A DNA stretch of 64,000 nt, from assembly GCA_965249275.1 (NCBI GenBank), contig CBDFLQ010000006.1, forward strand, positions 32,001 to 96,000, given 5' to 3'. A program made the translations under genes and the position numbers. The notes beneath the pieces are model-generated. The model did no database searches and had not been told where the DNA came from. It was given only the letters and a program-made list of their open reading frames with translations. This DNA is from Dehalococcoidia bacterium (lineage in GTDB: Bacteria > Chloroflexota > Dehalococcoidia > Plut-88900). This document shows, piece by piece, positions 47,319 to 57,096 of the stretch (its first letter is position 1; every line of letters begins with the position of its first letter).

Positions 47319-48558
47319 CGATCCACCGCCCGCCATTGAGGACCACAGCAAGGCAAAACTCGCAGTCCTGCGCCGATATCTCAGTGCATACTTTGATAGG
47401 TTAGGTAACATTCCTGCTCGTGATGAATTCAGGCTTGACCTTGTCGATGGGTTTGCCGGAGGGGAAACATTCCAAGACGGTGGCCTCATCGAGTCCGGTA
47501 CACCTCTCATAATGCTGGAAGAGGCCGAAGCTGCGCGAGAAAGGTTGAATCAGAGTCGAAGTAAGCCATTGCTATTCAATTGTAAGTTTCACTTTGTCGA
47601 CGTGAACCCTAACCATACCCAGCATCTTAGGATGGTCCTTGCGGACAGGGGATACCACGTAAATGGTGAGGAGATTGTTGTCCATGACGGACGTTTTGAA
47701 GATGTAGCCGAAGCTATCATCGCAGACGTCCTCATTCGGCAGCCCCGAGCGGGTCGTGCGATTTTCCTTTTGGACCAATGCGGTTTCTCACGAGTATCAC
47801 TTAACCTAGTGAATCGCATTTTCCAGAGGCTGCCGGCGGCGGAGGTTATACTTACGTTTGCAGCGGACAACTTGATCAACCACCTATCAGATACTCCAGA
47901 ACTCATCCGGGCAGTTGCACCTCTTGAATTGACCGAAGCTCACATACGCGACTTAATTGAGCTCAGCAATGGTGATGGTGGAAGGGCACTTGTACAGAGA
48001 GTATTGCGAGGACATATTCGTAACTCAACTGGGGCAACATTCGATACCCCCTTCTACATCCGTCCTAAGGAATCCCGTCGCGCCCTATGGTTTCTTCATC
48101 TTTCTAGGCATCCAACAGCTCGTGACGTGATGATCCAATGCCATTGGAAGAGTTTCAATACGTTCGAACACTACGGTTCAGGTAGTTTCGACATGTTAGG
48201 CTGGGACGCACTAAGACCAGGAGCTGGTACATTGCCTCTATTTCGTTTTGATGAATTTGACGCTGAGCACATGAAGACGAAACTCCTCACATCAATGCCT
48301 CAAGAGTTATATGCTCTAGCAGCAGAAAGTGCGATTACTGTTAACGCTGTTCGGCATATGTTGGCCAACAGGACAGCTGCCAGATTCTCAGACCTAGACG
48401 AAGTCATATTACAGCTTTCTAGGGAAAGAGAATTCGATATCTTGACCACTGACGGGAAGGAGCGTTCTAGAAACCTAACTCGGTTAAGTCCAACTGATCT
48501 GATCGCAGTACCAAGCATGAGACTGCTTCCCGGGCTTTCTCGCATGCCTTTACAATGA
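47296..48558 (+). CDS. tcmP: Three-Cys-motif partner protein (Rossmann methyltransferase-like)
   Basis: HSKAKL..L..YL, DGFAGG, GTPL and FLLDQCGF; overlaps the end of the DUF5131 gene. Confidence 0.82.
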   Translation: MPFIWHPNDPPPAIEDHSKAKLAVLRRYLSAYFDRLGNIPARDEFRLDLVDGFAGGETFQDGGLIESGTPLIMLEEAEAARERLNQSRSKPLLFNCKFHFVDVNPNHTQHLRMVLADRGYHVNGEEIVVHDGRFEDVAEAIIADVLIRQPRAGRAIFLLDQCGFSRVSLNLVNRIFQRLPAAEVILTFAADNLINHLSDTPELIRAVAPLELTEAHIRDLIELSNGDGGRALVQRVLRGHIRNSTGATFDTPFYIRPKESRRALWFLHLSRHPTARDVMIQCHWKSFNTFEHYGSGSFDMLGWDALRPGAGTLPLFRFDEFDAEHMKTKLLTSMPQELYALAAESAITVNAVRHMLANRTAARFSDLDEVILQLSREREFDILTTDGKERSRNLTRLSPTDLIAVPSMRLLPGLSRMPLQ

Positions 48559-48751
48559 GCACATAGCGACAAGCCTCATACCCATTATTCCCGTGCCCGG
48601 CATGAGACTCAATCCCCTCCCTTGACCCCACCCCCATTCCGAGGCCCCACGAGGAATCTACAGCCCTCTCCCTAATTCCACCTTGTCCGCTGAAACCCAC
48701 CCCCTCCATCCGTCATTCCGGCCCCCGAGCCGGAATCCAGCCCTTCCTTCT

Positions 48752-48985
48752 ACCCAGTATTGAACTAGAGGCCCGCACGGGTGCTGTGCACCCGTGCGGG
48801 CCTCTGTTCTTATCTCCCCCCTAACGTCAATCCCGACTCCGATCGGGAATCCATCCCCATCCCCCCAGTACTGAATTAGAGGCCCACGTGCGTGCTCTGC
48901 ACGCACGTGGGCCTCTATTCTTATCTCCCCCTCTCCCTTGAAGGCCCTAAGGAAGAGGGGGATCAAGGGGGTGAGGGTTCCCCGG
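48752..48985. repeat. Two hairpin cassettes plus a REP, same family as 36527-36650
   Basis: Perfect 18-19-bp stems at 48767-48805 and 48877-48917 between CAGTA(C/T)TGAA(T/C)T and (A/G)TTCTTATCTCCCCC. Confidence 0.85.
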
Positions 48986-49011
48986 TGGGGCTGGGGCGGT
49001 GTCTTCCCAAG

Positions 49012-49755
49012 TGTGACACGAACCCCTTGACCCTGCCCGAACACCCGTGCTACTATCCCCACCGTTCGAACACCAACCCAACCACCTTAAGGAGGAACCA
49101 AAAACCCAGGGAAGCCCACCCGACCCATCCGAGGACTCAACGCCCAAGCCCATCCCAACGGCCCTCACACGGGGCCCGCGGCTCAAGCGACCGGCGCCAT
49201 CTCCTCATCCCCACCGGGTCCCGTGCCCCTTCCCTGACCACCCAGGCGATGGAAAGACGCCCTGGTTCGCTATCGTTCCATGTGAGGCTCCTAACGGAGA
49301 TGCCGCTCCTTCAAGCGGAATAGCGGTCGGATAGGCCCGGCGCCGAGGTCCTCTCGGTACACCGTCCGCTTAATTCAGCCGGGAGCCGGTGGTCCCTGCA
49401 CTCCGGGTCGCACCGGCAAACTTGGACATATTACGCCTGCAAGAGGCTCCACCCGGACGCTGGACGAGCCTCCTAGCCGCCCTATAGCGGTGCAGCCAAC
49501 CCCTCGGAGTCAGGCTCGGACTTGGTGGCCCTGACGGTCCCTGCCCATGTCCAGCGTATACAGGGCCAAAGGCCGCAGCAGCGGCAAAAGCGGGCCGGAC
49601 GCCCTTGCCCCGGGGTGTCGGAGCACCCGAAGCACAGGAACGGGGGCAGCGTCCAGCAAGCGTCTTTCATCGCCAACCACCCAGACAGAACAACCAAAAC
49701 CCCACCCTCCCACAACTGAATAAACCGGCGTGTCACTATCCCACCCAACGAGTGT
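49012..49755 (+). other. Non-coding/decayed element homologous at both ends to 9942-10720
   Basis: 49079-49253 matches 10010-10204; 3' GTGTCACTA..ACC.AACGAGT matches ~10694-10717; middle section differs. Confidence 0.6.
49027..49056 (+). promoter_or_regulatory. Sigma70-type promoter with overlapping LexA-like box
   Basis: TTGACC-18 bp-TACTAT; CGAAC-ACCC-GTGCT at 49038-49051. Confidence 0.55.
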
Positions 49756-49802
49756 CCTCCCTTGACCCCACCCCCCGCCCCCCTCTAATATCTCCCCGCG
49801 GT

Positions 49803-49877
49803 GCGGGAGTAGCTCAGTGGTAGAGCCCCTGCCTTCCAAGCAGGCTGTCGCCGGTTCGAATCCGGTCTCCCGCTCCA
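49803..49877 (+). tRNA. tRNA-Gly (anticodon TCC)
   Basis: GCGGGAG/CTCCCGC acceptor stem, AGCTCAGTGGTAGAGC D-arm, CCTGC-CTTCCAA-GCAGG anticodon arm, GGTTCGAATCC T-arm, encoded CCA; upstream TTGACC..TAATAT. Confidence 0.97.
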
Positions 49878-49878
49878 C

Positions 49879-51063
49879 TCACAGGCTCGCCAACGCCTGT
49901 CCCAGGTCCGCCTCAATGTCCTCCGCCGACTCTATCCCGCACGACATCCGGATCAGCCCGCCGTAGATTCCAACCTCCTCCCGCTCCCCCTCCGTCAAAG
50001 ACCTGTGCGACGTCTTCGCCGGGTGCGACACCGTCGTGCACGTCTCCCCCAGGCTCGCCGCAAACCTGATCATCTTCAGAGACCGTATGAACCTCGACGC
50101 CGCCTCCACCCCACCCCTCAGCTCGAACGACACCATGCTCCCGAATCCACCCTCCAACGTCGACTTCGCCAACTCATGCTGCGGGTGACTGTCCAGACCC
50201 GGATAGTGAACGGCCGACACCGCCGGGTGTCCCGACAGGAACTCCGCCGCCCTCATGGCGTTTTCGCAAGTGCGAGCCACCCGCAAGGGCAGCGTCCGTA
50301 TCCCCCGCACGATTAGCCACGCCGCAAACGGGTCCAACGTACTTCCCCACACCCTGTTCGACTGCCGTATCGACGCCATCGCCTCGAACCGACCCGCCGC
50401 CACCCCTCCCATCACGTCCGAGTGCCCGCCTAACAGCTTCGTCGCGCTGTGGATTGTCACGTCAGCGCCCAGTTCCAGGGGCCGCATCAGCAGCGGCGTC
50501 GCCAGCGTGTTGTCCACTACCACCTGCACACCCCTCTCACCCGCCAACTGGGCAATCCCCTCCACGTCCGTCAGCCGCAGCAAAGGGTTCGTTATCGACT
50601 CTACGAGAATGACCTTCGGAGACCGCTCTAAAGCCCGCTCAACCAGCCCCAGGTCCGTCACATCCACGAACTCCACCCGAACCCCGAGCCTAGGCAGGTG
50701 TTGCCTCAGAAGCAGGTTTGTACCCCCGTACAGCACGTCCCCCGCCAAAACCGTGTCTCCAGCCTCGACCATGGATAACAGCGTGTTACCGATCGCCCCC
50801 ATCCCCGAGGCAAACGCCACCGCATCGTCGGCATTCTCCAGTTCGGCCACGACCCTCTCCAGGGTCTCAACGTTGGGGTTCCCATCCCGGGAGTAGATGA
50901 ACCCATCCTGGCTGCCCGCATAGATATCGTCCAGCAGCTCCAGGCTCTCGACTTCAAAGACGGAACCCTGGTAAATGGGCGCCATCAAGGGCCTAGTCGC
51001 CGACTCCACGTCCCTCCCCGCCGACGCGCATATACTCTCCACCGACCGCCTCTTGCCGTTCAC
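49879..51063 (-). CDS. Cys/Met metabolism PLP enzyme (cystathionine gamma-synthase/methionine gamma-lyase family)
   Basis: YSRDGNP, FASGMGAI, VVVDNT and HSATKLLGGHSD (PLP Lys). Confidence 0.92.
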   Translation of the reverse strand: MNGKRRSVESICASAGRDVESATRPLMAPIYQGSVFEVESLELLDDIYAGSQDGFIYSRDGNPNVETLERVVAELENADDAVAFASGMGAIGNTLLSMVEAGDTVLAGDVLYGGTNLLLRQHLPRLGVRVEFVDVTDLGLVERALERSPKVILVESITNPLLRLTDVEGIAQLAGERGVQVVVDNTLATPLLMRPLELGADVTIHSATKLLGGHSDVMGGVAAGRFEAMASIRQSNRVWGSTLDPFAAWLIVRGIRTLPLRVARTCENAMRAAEFLSGHPAVSAVHYPGLDSHPQHELAKSTLEGGFGSMVSFELRGGVEAASRFIRSLKMIRFAASLGETCTTVSHPAKTSHRSLTEGEREEVGIYGGLIRMSCGIESAEDIEADLGQALASL

Positions 51064-51247
51064 TGCATTTCCCCTTTCTAGTTCAAGTCCTTTGCATTGT
51101 CAGTCCGGAGGAGTGTCTTATCCCCTCCCTTGCATATCCGTCATTCCCGCCCTGGGGCCGAGGTATTCCGCTCGCCCTGAGTCGAGTCGAAGGGTCTCAA
51201 GAGCGGAATGGGCGGGATCTGTACCGTCCAGTCCCCTCTCCCTCGAT

Positions 51248-51376
51248 TAGACATTTTCATAACCTGTGTTGGAGGGGCGTGGGGCCGCTCGTGCTGAGGC
51301 TCTCGAAGTATGAGCGGGGGGATGTTAGCGCATCTGGATGGAACAACAGATGCGATCTGCAGTTACCAAAATATCT
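51248..51376. mobile_element. MITE-like 129-bp insert within a REP, with CTCGAT duplication
   Basis: Imperfect terminal inverted repeats AGACATTTTCATAAC / GTTACCAAAATATCT; CTCGAT at 51242-51247 and 51377-51382; empty-site version at ~63902. Confidence 0.55.
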
Positions 51377-51440
51377 CTCGATGGGAGAGGGTGATGGTGT
51401 TCCAATGCCTACAACCAACACTAGGTAGAGCTAAGCTCCC

Positions 51441-52715
51441 CTACCCCACCCCCAACACCTGCCTATAAAGACGCAGATTGTCCCTCAACACCCGAGTAAT
51501 AAGGAAATTCTCCCTCACGTGCTCTCGAGCCTGTCGCCCCATTTCCTCCGCCATATCCGAGTCCTGCAAAACACTCAACGCCCTCTCCGCACACTCCTCC
51601 GTCGACCCAATAAGAAATCCGGTCTTGCCGTCCAGGACTTGAAGCGTCAGTCCCCCCGTCCGACCCGCGATCACCGGCTTCCCGTGCCACAACGACCCCG
51701 TCGCGCTCAGCCCGAAACCCTCTCTCGTCGACTTCTGCACCATCACCCGCGCAAGGGTCTGCACTGCGTTCACTTCCCTGTCCGTCATCCCCTTGAAGTT
51801 CGTGATCAGATGGACGTCCGGGTCCTCCCCTGCGCGCCGGGCCGTCTTCTCGAAGAATCCGAGCCCCTCGGGGTCGTCCGCAGCCGTCGGCCCGATCATG
51901 ATCAGCTGGATCCCGGGCACCTCCTTCTTGACCAGCCGGTACGCATCCACGACACCTAACGGGTCCTTCCACGGGTCGAACCGCGACACCTGCGCCATAA
52001 TCGGCCTCTTCGGGTCCACCCCGAATGGGTCCAACACTCGGGCTGCCTCAATCGATGTCAAAGGCACATTCTTCTCGTCCAACGGATCAATCCCTGGCGC
52101 CGAGACCACCGCAGTCGGCCCTCCGTACCCCCCGATGATGAACTCCTCCATGCTGAACTCTGCCGCATCGTACAGCCGGATGTAGTCCTGGAGGTTGGCC
52201 CACACGTCGGGTTGGGCGTCCGTCAGGTCGATGTGGCAGCGCCAAATCCACTTCGTATCGCTGCCGCGTCGGTCTCCCATGAAGTGCAGAATGGGCGCAG
52301 GCTGAGGATCGTGGACGAAGACGATGTCGTATTCCGCGTACAGGTCTCCGGCGTTCCTCCGGTTGTATTCCAGCCACGTGTCCCACATCTCCGCCGTCCA
52401 CTCGACCCGCTTCCCTTGCAGGCTGTTGTGCATGCTCTTGGTCACGTCGAAGAACGGCGCCTCACCCCTGATCGTCCGCCACTCCGCCTCGACACCCACG
52501 TCGTTCAAAAGTGGAATCAGCGCCTCAAAGATATCAGCGACACCCCCGCCGCTCGCCGAGGAGTTGAGGTGCAGGACCGTCTTCCCCTTTAACCCGGCCG
52601 CCAGCTCCCGAATCTCCTCCACGGGCCCCCGCCCCGTGACCGCCGCGTAGTCTCCCAGCCGCCTGTGTCCCACCTCCCTCACCGGCAGGCTCGTCTTCCT
52701 GGTCGTCTCTGTCAC
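51441..52715 (-). CDS. treT: Trehalose synthase-like GT4 glycosyltransferase
   Basis: NSSASGGGVA, VHDPQP, WRCHID, QVSRFDPWKDP and QKSTREGFGL. Confidence 0.85.
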   Translation of the reverse strand: MTETTRKTSLPVREVGHRRLGDYAAVTGRGPVEEIRELAAGLKGKTVLHLNSSASGGGVADIFEALIPLLNDVGVEAEWRTIRGEAPFFDVTKSMHNSLQGKRVEWTAEMWDTWLEYNRRNAGDLYAEYDIVFVHDPQPAPILHFMGDRRGSDTKWIWRCHIDLTDAQPDVWANLQDYIRLYDAAEFSMEEFIIGGYGGPTAVVSAPGIDPLDEKNVPLTSIEAARVLDPFGVDPKRPIMAQVSRFDPWKDPLGVVDAYRLVKKEVPGIQLIMIGPTAADDPEGLGFFEKTARRAGEDPDVHLITNFKGMTDREVNAVQTLARVMVQKSTREGFGLSATGSLWHGKPVIAGRTGGLTLQVLDGKTGFLIGSTEECAERALSVLQDSDMAEEMGRQAREHVRENFLITRVLRDNLRLYRQVLGVG

Positions 52716-52825
52716 CTAAATCTCCTCGCGGGCTTCGCACAAGACGAGGCGCTCACTTTTACCGCGAGCGCCTCCCTCGTAGTCCCGTCTTCTTTTGCTT
52801 TGCTTATGTCGACTCGTTAGATATG

Positions 52826-53245
52826 TCAGGCCGGATGGAATACCAGGCTCTTCCTTGCCCCTTCTCCTTCACCTTCCTCTTTGAAGGAAGCCTCCACCGA
52901 CATCCCTATCGACACCGCACCCGGGTCCGTCGCATCGAACCCGTCAAGCATAGCAGTGATGCCGGGGCCTTCCTCAGTCTGGACCACCGCACTCAAATAC
53001 GGCTTGTCTCGACCATAACCCTTGGCCGCCATGCCCGTCGGCACGATGGTAATCGCAGTGAACCCGATAACCTTGCCCTTGCCGCTCAGCTCTTTCCAAC
53101 CCATGTCCGTGCCGTGGCACTCGGGGCAAACAGGCCGGGGAGGCAGGTACAGTATGTCGCACTTCTCACAGCGGGAAGCCATCAGCTTCCCTTCGGAGAC
53201 GTGCCGATTGTAGCTGGAAATCGTAAAGTCGCTCTGCTCCATCAT
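52826..53245 (-). CDS. DUF35 Zn-ribbon/OB-fold protein (thiolase partner)
   Basis: CEKC..LPPRPVCPEC..SGKG; overlaps the thiolase stop codon. Confidence 0.9.
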   Translation of the reverse strand: MMEQSDFTISSYNRHVSEGKLMASRCEKCDILYLPPRPVCPECHGTDMGWKELSGKGKVIGFTAITIVPTGMAAKGYGRDKPYLSAVVQTEEGPGITAMLDGFDATDPGAVSIGMSVEASFKEEGEGEGARKSLVFHPA

Positions 53246-54522
53246 GATCTTCGCTCCATGATGTGCACCGCACAGGTCCCGCCCGTGCCCCCGACATTAT
53301 GCGTGAGCCCCAACCTTAGGTCCTTGTCCTTCAACTGTCTGTCACCGGCTCGTTCGGTAAGCTGCATCCACATCTCAAGCACCTGCCCTGCGCCCGTGGC
53401 CCCTACCGGATGGCCCTTCGACTTCAGTCCGCCCGACACGTTCACCGTGCAGGGCGCTTCACGAGAGGTCTGCCCTTCAGCGGCGGCGAATGCGCCCTTG
53501 CCAGGCTCGAACAGCCCAATGTCCTCTATCCCGATGATCTCAGCGATGGTGAAACAGTCGTGTACTTCCGCCATGTCCAGGTCGCTCGGCGAGATGCCGG
53601 CCATTTCAAAGGCTTGTCGCGCTGCGATCCGCGCCGAGGGTATCGAAGTGATGTCTCCGGCCCATGTCGCCAGGGGTCCGGCGCTGGCCTGAGCGGTCGC
53701 AACTACGCTTACGACTTCATCGGTGTACTCCCGAGCCACGTCCTCCGCGGCCAGGATTATGCATGCTGCGCCATCGGTCACTGGCGAGCAGTCGAATAGG
53801 TGAAGCGGAGATGCCACCTGTGGGTTGGCCCGGGGGTCGTTCAGGAATTCGAACTCATCTGTCCATGTGGGCACCGGCCTGCCTCGCTTTGCCGCGCTCG
53901 CCTTCCGCCTCTCCATGAAGTCGGCAATCGACACATTGAACTGTGCCTTCGGGTTAAGCGCCCCATTTCGATGGTTTTTGATCGCCACGTGCATCAGGTG
54001 TTCGCGCGTCGCCCCATACCTGTCCAGGTACGCCGACCCCATCGCCGCGTACAGGCCCGGGAACGTGAACTGCGCCTGGTCCAGCTCCATTGGCACATCG
54101 CTAGCCGCAGCCAGGGCATCCTGGACCTCTTCGGTGGCAAGAGAAGTCATCTTCTCCACACCCCCGACCAGCACCACGTCGTACATGCCGGAGGCTATCG
54201 CCATGATGCCTTCCCTGAAGGCCAAGCCGCTGCTGGCACAGGCCCCCTCCACCCTTGTCGCGGGCCGGGGTGCGAGCCCCACCCAGTCCGCCATCAGGTG
54301 TCCAAGGTGTCCCTGCCCTTCGAACAGGTCCGCAGAGAAGTTGCCGACATAGAGGGCCTCAATGGCCTCCGGGTCAATCCCCTTGCTCACGGAGCCGATG
54401 GCCTCGGAGTAGGCCTCTCCGAAAAGGTCTCGGGTGCTCTTCTCGGCAAAGGCGCCGAACTTCGACATGCCTCCGCCTATTATGCTGACACCCCGCCCCA
54501 GCTTTCGTTTCTTGGCCGCCAT
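53242..54522 (-). CDS. Thiolase (SCP-x/archaeal type)
   Basis: VEGACASSG, VGGVEKMT, DCSPVTDGAA, EVHDCFT and KGHPVGATG. Confidence 0.92.
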   Translation of the reverse strand: MAAKKRKLGRGVSIIGGGMSKFGAFAEKSTRDLFGEAYSEAIGSVSKGIDPEAIEALYVGNFSADLFEGQGHLGHLMADWVGLAPRPATRVEGACASSGLAFREGIMAIASGMYDVVLVGGVEKMTSLATEEVQDALAAASDVPMELDQAQFTFPGLYAAMGSAYLDRYGATREHLMHVAIKNHRNGALNPKAQFNVSIADFMERRKASAAKRGRPVPTWTDEFEFLNDPRANPQVASPLHLFDCSPVTDGAACIILAAEDVAREYTDEVVSVVATAQASAGPLATWAGDITSIPSARIAARQAFEMAGISPSDLDMAEVHDCFTIAEIIGIEDIGLFEPGKGAFAAAEGQTSREAPCTVNVSGGLKSKGHPVGATGAGQVLEMWMQLTERAGDRQLKDKDLRLGLTHNVGGTGGTCAVHIMERRS

Positions 54523-54583
54523 TGGCTCCTCCTTAGGCAGGTCTATTCCCCTGCTTTGCCTTGTTCCTTCTTGGTCGTCGAGG

Positions 54584-56065
54584 CTAGTCTTTGAGTTCTA
54601 GAGTAGTGACGCTGCCCGTCGATAGGGTAGCGACCCTGATTGCGTGATTGTTCGTGTCGGCAATGTACATCTTGCCGTTCACAATGGCCAAACCTTCCGG
54701 CTCATAGAAGAGGGCCGCCCTGGCGGGGCCGTCCTCAAACCCCGTGTCCCCAAGCCCGGTGAAGCTCACGACGGCCTGGGTCAGAGGCTCGATTCGCTTG
54801 ATCTTGTTGTTGTAGGTGTCAGTCACGTACAGCATCCCCTCGTGCCAGCACACCCCTTGTACGTGCTGAAGAAGTGCCCTGTCCCCGACTCCATCCTTGT
54901 CCCCGAAGTCGAACAGGCCCGTTCCCACCAGCGTGCTCACCTTCCCCGATTCTCCTCGAGTTGCCATGCGTATTGCGCTAGTTTCGCTGTCCGCGAAGTA
55001 GATCGTATCTCCGTCAGTGTCTATCCCTGTCGGCTGGGCCAGCATCGCGTTGCGGAGAGTCCCGTCCTTGATGCCCTCCCTGCCGCTTCCGGCAAATGGT
55101 CCCACGTACCCGGACTCCAGGTGCATCACCCAAAGCTGGTGGAACCCCGCCATGGCGATGTAGAGCATCCCGTCCAGGCAGGTCAGGTCCCACGGCGAGT
55201 TCAAGGCTACCGACCCCACCCCCCCGTCGTGGAACATCCGGGCCTGCTCTCCCGTCCCGGCTATCGTCTCCACCCGACGCTCCCGCAGGTCTACGCGGCG
55301 GATTGCGTGATTCTCCGTGTCGGCCACGTAAAGGCTGTCGCCCGACAGGGTCAGACCATGAGGATGGTGGAATTTTGCGTCGGCGTAGTCACCATCCTCC
55401 AGCCCCACATCCCCACCCCCGATCACGTCCAATATCTTCCCGTCCAGGGAAATCGAGAGCACTCTGTTATGGTTGGAGTCCGAAACAAAGAGCCGAGACC
55501 CCTTCTCATCGGCGATGATCTTGCTGGGGAACGAGAGCGTTCCGCCTTCCTCCTTGTGCACCGAAAGCCCGGGAATCGGGGTCCGGTCCAGCGTGCCCCT
55601 CGCCTCAAACTCGGTGATCATGTCTCGGATCACCCTGTCGAACGCATCGAAGGTTATCTCACCCTCGTGCCTCCCCAGGATGTTCCCTTCAGGGTCGACT
55701 ACGTAAAGCGTCGGCCAAGCCCTCGCCGAGTACTGGCTCCACACCCGGAAATCCTTGTCGTTCACCACCGGGTGCTCGAGCTCGAACCGCCGGATCGCCT
55801 TCTCGATGTTGGCTGTGTCTTTCTCGGAGGTGAATTTGGCAGAGTGGACGCCCACCACCACCAGCTCCTCCTGGTACTTCTCTTCAAGTTTCCGCAACTG
55901 CGGAAATATGTGCATGCAGTTAACTCAGCAATATGTCCAGAAGTCCAGGATGACTATCTTGCCCTTCAGGTCCTCCATGCTCAAAGGACGCTCGACGTTC
56001 AGCCAGTCGATGTCCCTCGGAAAGTCCGGGGCCTTTACGCTGCCTACCATTGTCTGTTGTGCCAT
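54584..56065 (-). CDS. Thioredoxin-like/NHL-repeat selenoprotein (TGA at 55925-55927, codon 47)
   Basis: Reads [40 protein letters not shown] in frame with ORF 54584..55915; RBS GAGGAG; hairpin at 55889-55906. Confidence 0.85.
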
Positions 56066-56115
56066 TACGGATTACTCCTCAGTTTTCCAAAGGGCCCCGA
56101 TATCCGTTCGACTCA

Positions 56116-57096
56116 CTACCCGGTTACCCTAATCACCCACACGGCGGGAAGGCCGCTAGCAATTTGTTCCCAGCTGTCTCCCGCATCCTCACTAGCGAAC
56201 AATTCCCCATCCGTTGTGCCGGCGTAGACCGCACCCGGTGTAACAGGGTCCGCAACCAGTCCCCTCACCATTGCGTGAAGTCTGTCCGGCAACCCGTTAC
56301 CGAGCCTCTCCCAAGTCGAGCCCGCATCTCGGCTCCTGTAGATCCGCGCCAGCGCTCCACCCGGCCCTCCGAAGGTTGTCGGGTTGTCCGCCGCTGCTCC
56401 TATGTACAGCAGATTAGGGTCTCGGCTGTCCAAGATAATGGGGTGGGTGTAGGGGTTGTCCATTCCACCCTGCAGGTGCTCCCAGTTCCGGGCCCCGTCC
56501 GTCGAACGGTAGAAACCGTCGCCCGTCGTGGAGTACATCACCTTCGAGTCCCGCGGATGGGAAAGGATATAGTGAATGTCTTCGTAGATGCCTTCGCCGT
56601 AGCTCTCCCACGTCTCACCGCCGTCCCCGCTCCGGATAAGCCCCCCCACCTCCACCCCTGCAAATACCGTGTCCGGCTCATCCGCTACGAAGTCGAACGT
56701 GCGAACGTGGGATATGAAGGGAGGTGCGGGGAATGACCACGTCGGGTAGGAGGGCAGATCCTTCACCGCCTTCAGCTCGACCCAGCTTTCGCCCCGGTCC
56801 CGGCTCCTGAACACAGCCGCCGGTTCCGTGCCGGCAAAGACCGTGCCGGACTGGTGCGGGGAAACGCCCAGACCTCTGATATCCCCCTCCAAACCTTGAG
56901 TCCAGGCCCCCGATGGCGAATCGGCCCAATAAACGCCGTCCTTAGTCACACCCGCATACAGCCGTCCCGAGGCATCTATCTCCAGCTTCTGCACCCACTT
57001 CCCGTCCATCGACTCAGCGGACTGTCCCCATGACCCTTTCTCCTTCTCCATGACCATGATCCCCGACTCAGTTCCCAACAACAGCTTCTTAGTCAT
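56116..57096 (-). CDS. BNR/Asp-box beta-propeller protein
   Basis: Repeated RSxDxGxTW motifs; AGTEPA. Confidence 0.85.
   Translation of the reverse strand: MTKKLLLGTESGIMVMEKEKGSWGQSAESMDGKWVQKLEIDASGRLYAGVTKDGVYWADSPSGAWTQGLEGDIRGLGVSPHQSGTVFAGTEPAAVFRSRDRGESWVELKAVKDLPSYPTWSFPAPPFISHVRTFDFVADEPDTVFAGVEVGGLIRSGDGGETWESYGEGIYEDIHYILSHPRDSKVMYSTTGDGFYRSTDGARNWEHLQGGMDNPYTHPIILDSRDPNLLYIGAAADNPTTFGGPGGALARIYRSRDAGSTWERLGNGLPDRLHAMVRGLVADPVTPGAVYAGTTDGELFASEDAGDSWEQIASGLPAVWVIRVTG

Noticed and set aside
49803-49877. tRNA as tRNA-Sec or a UGA suppressor
   Set aside because: Anticodon is TCC with a short variable arm; an ordinary tRNA-Gly.
46450-49877. tRNA-Gly-integrated genomic island
   Set aside because: No intact integrase and no duplicated tRNA end found in the window.
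49510-49878. ORF MERETGFEPAT...
   Set aside because: Classic reverse-complement translation of a tRNA.
54644-56227. 527-aa plus-strand ORF and many similar overlapping ORFs
   Set aside because: Antisense shadows of recognisable genes, expected at high GC.
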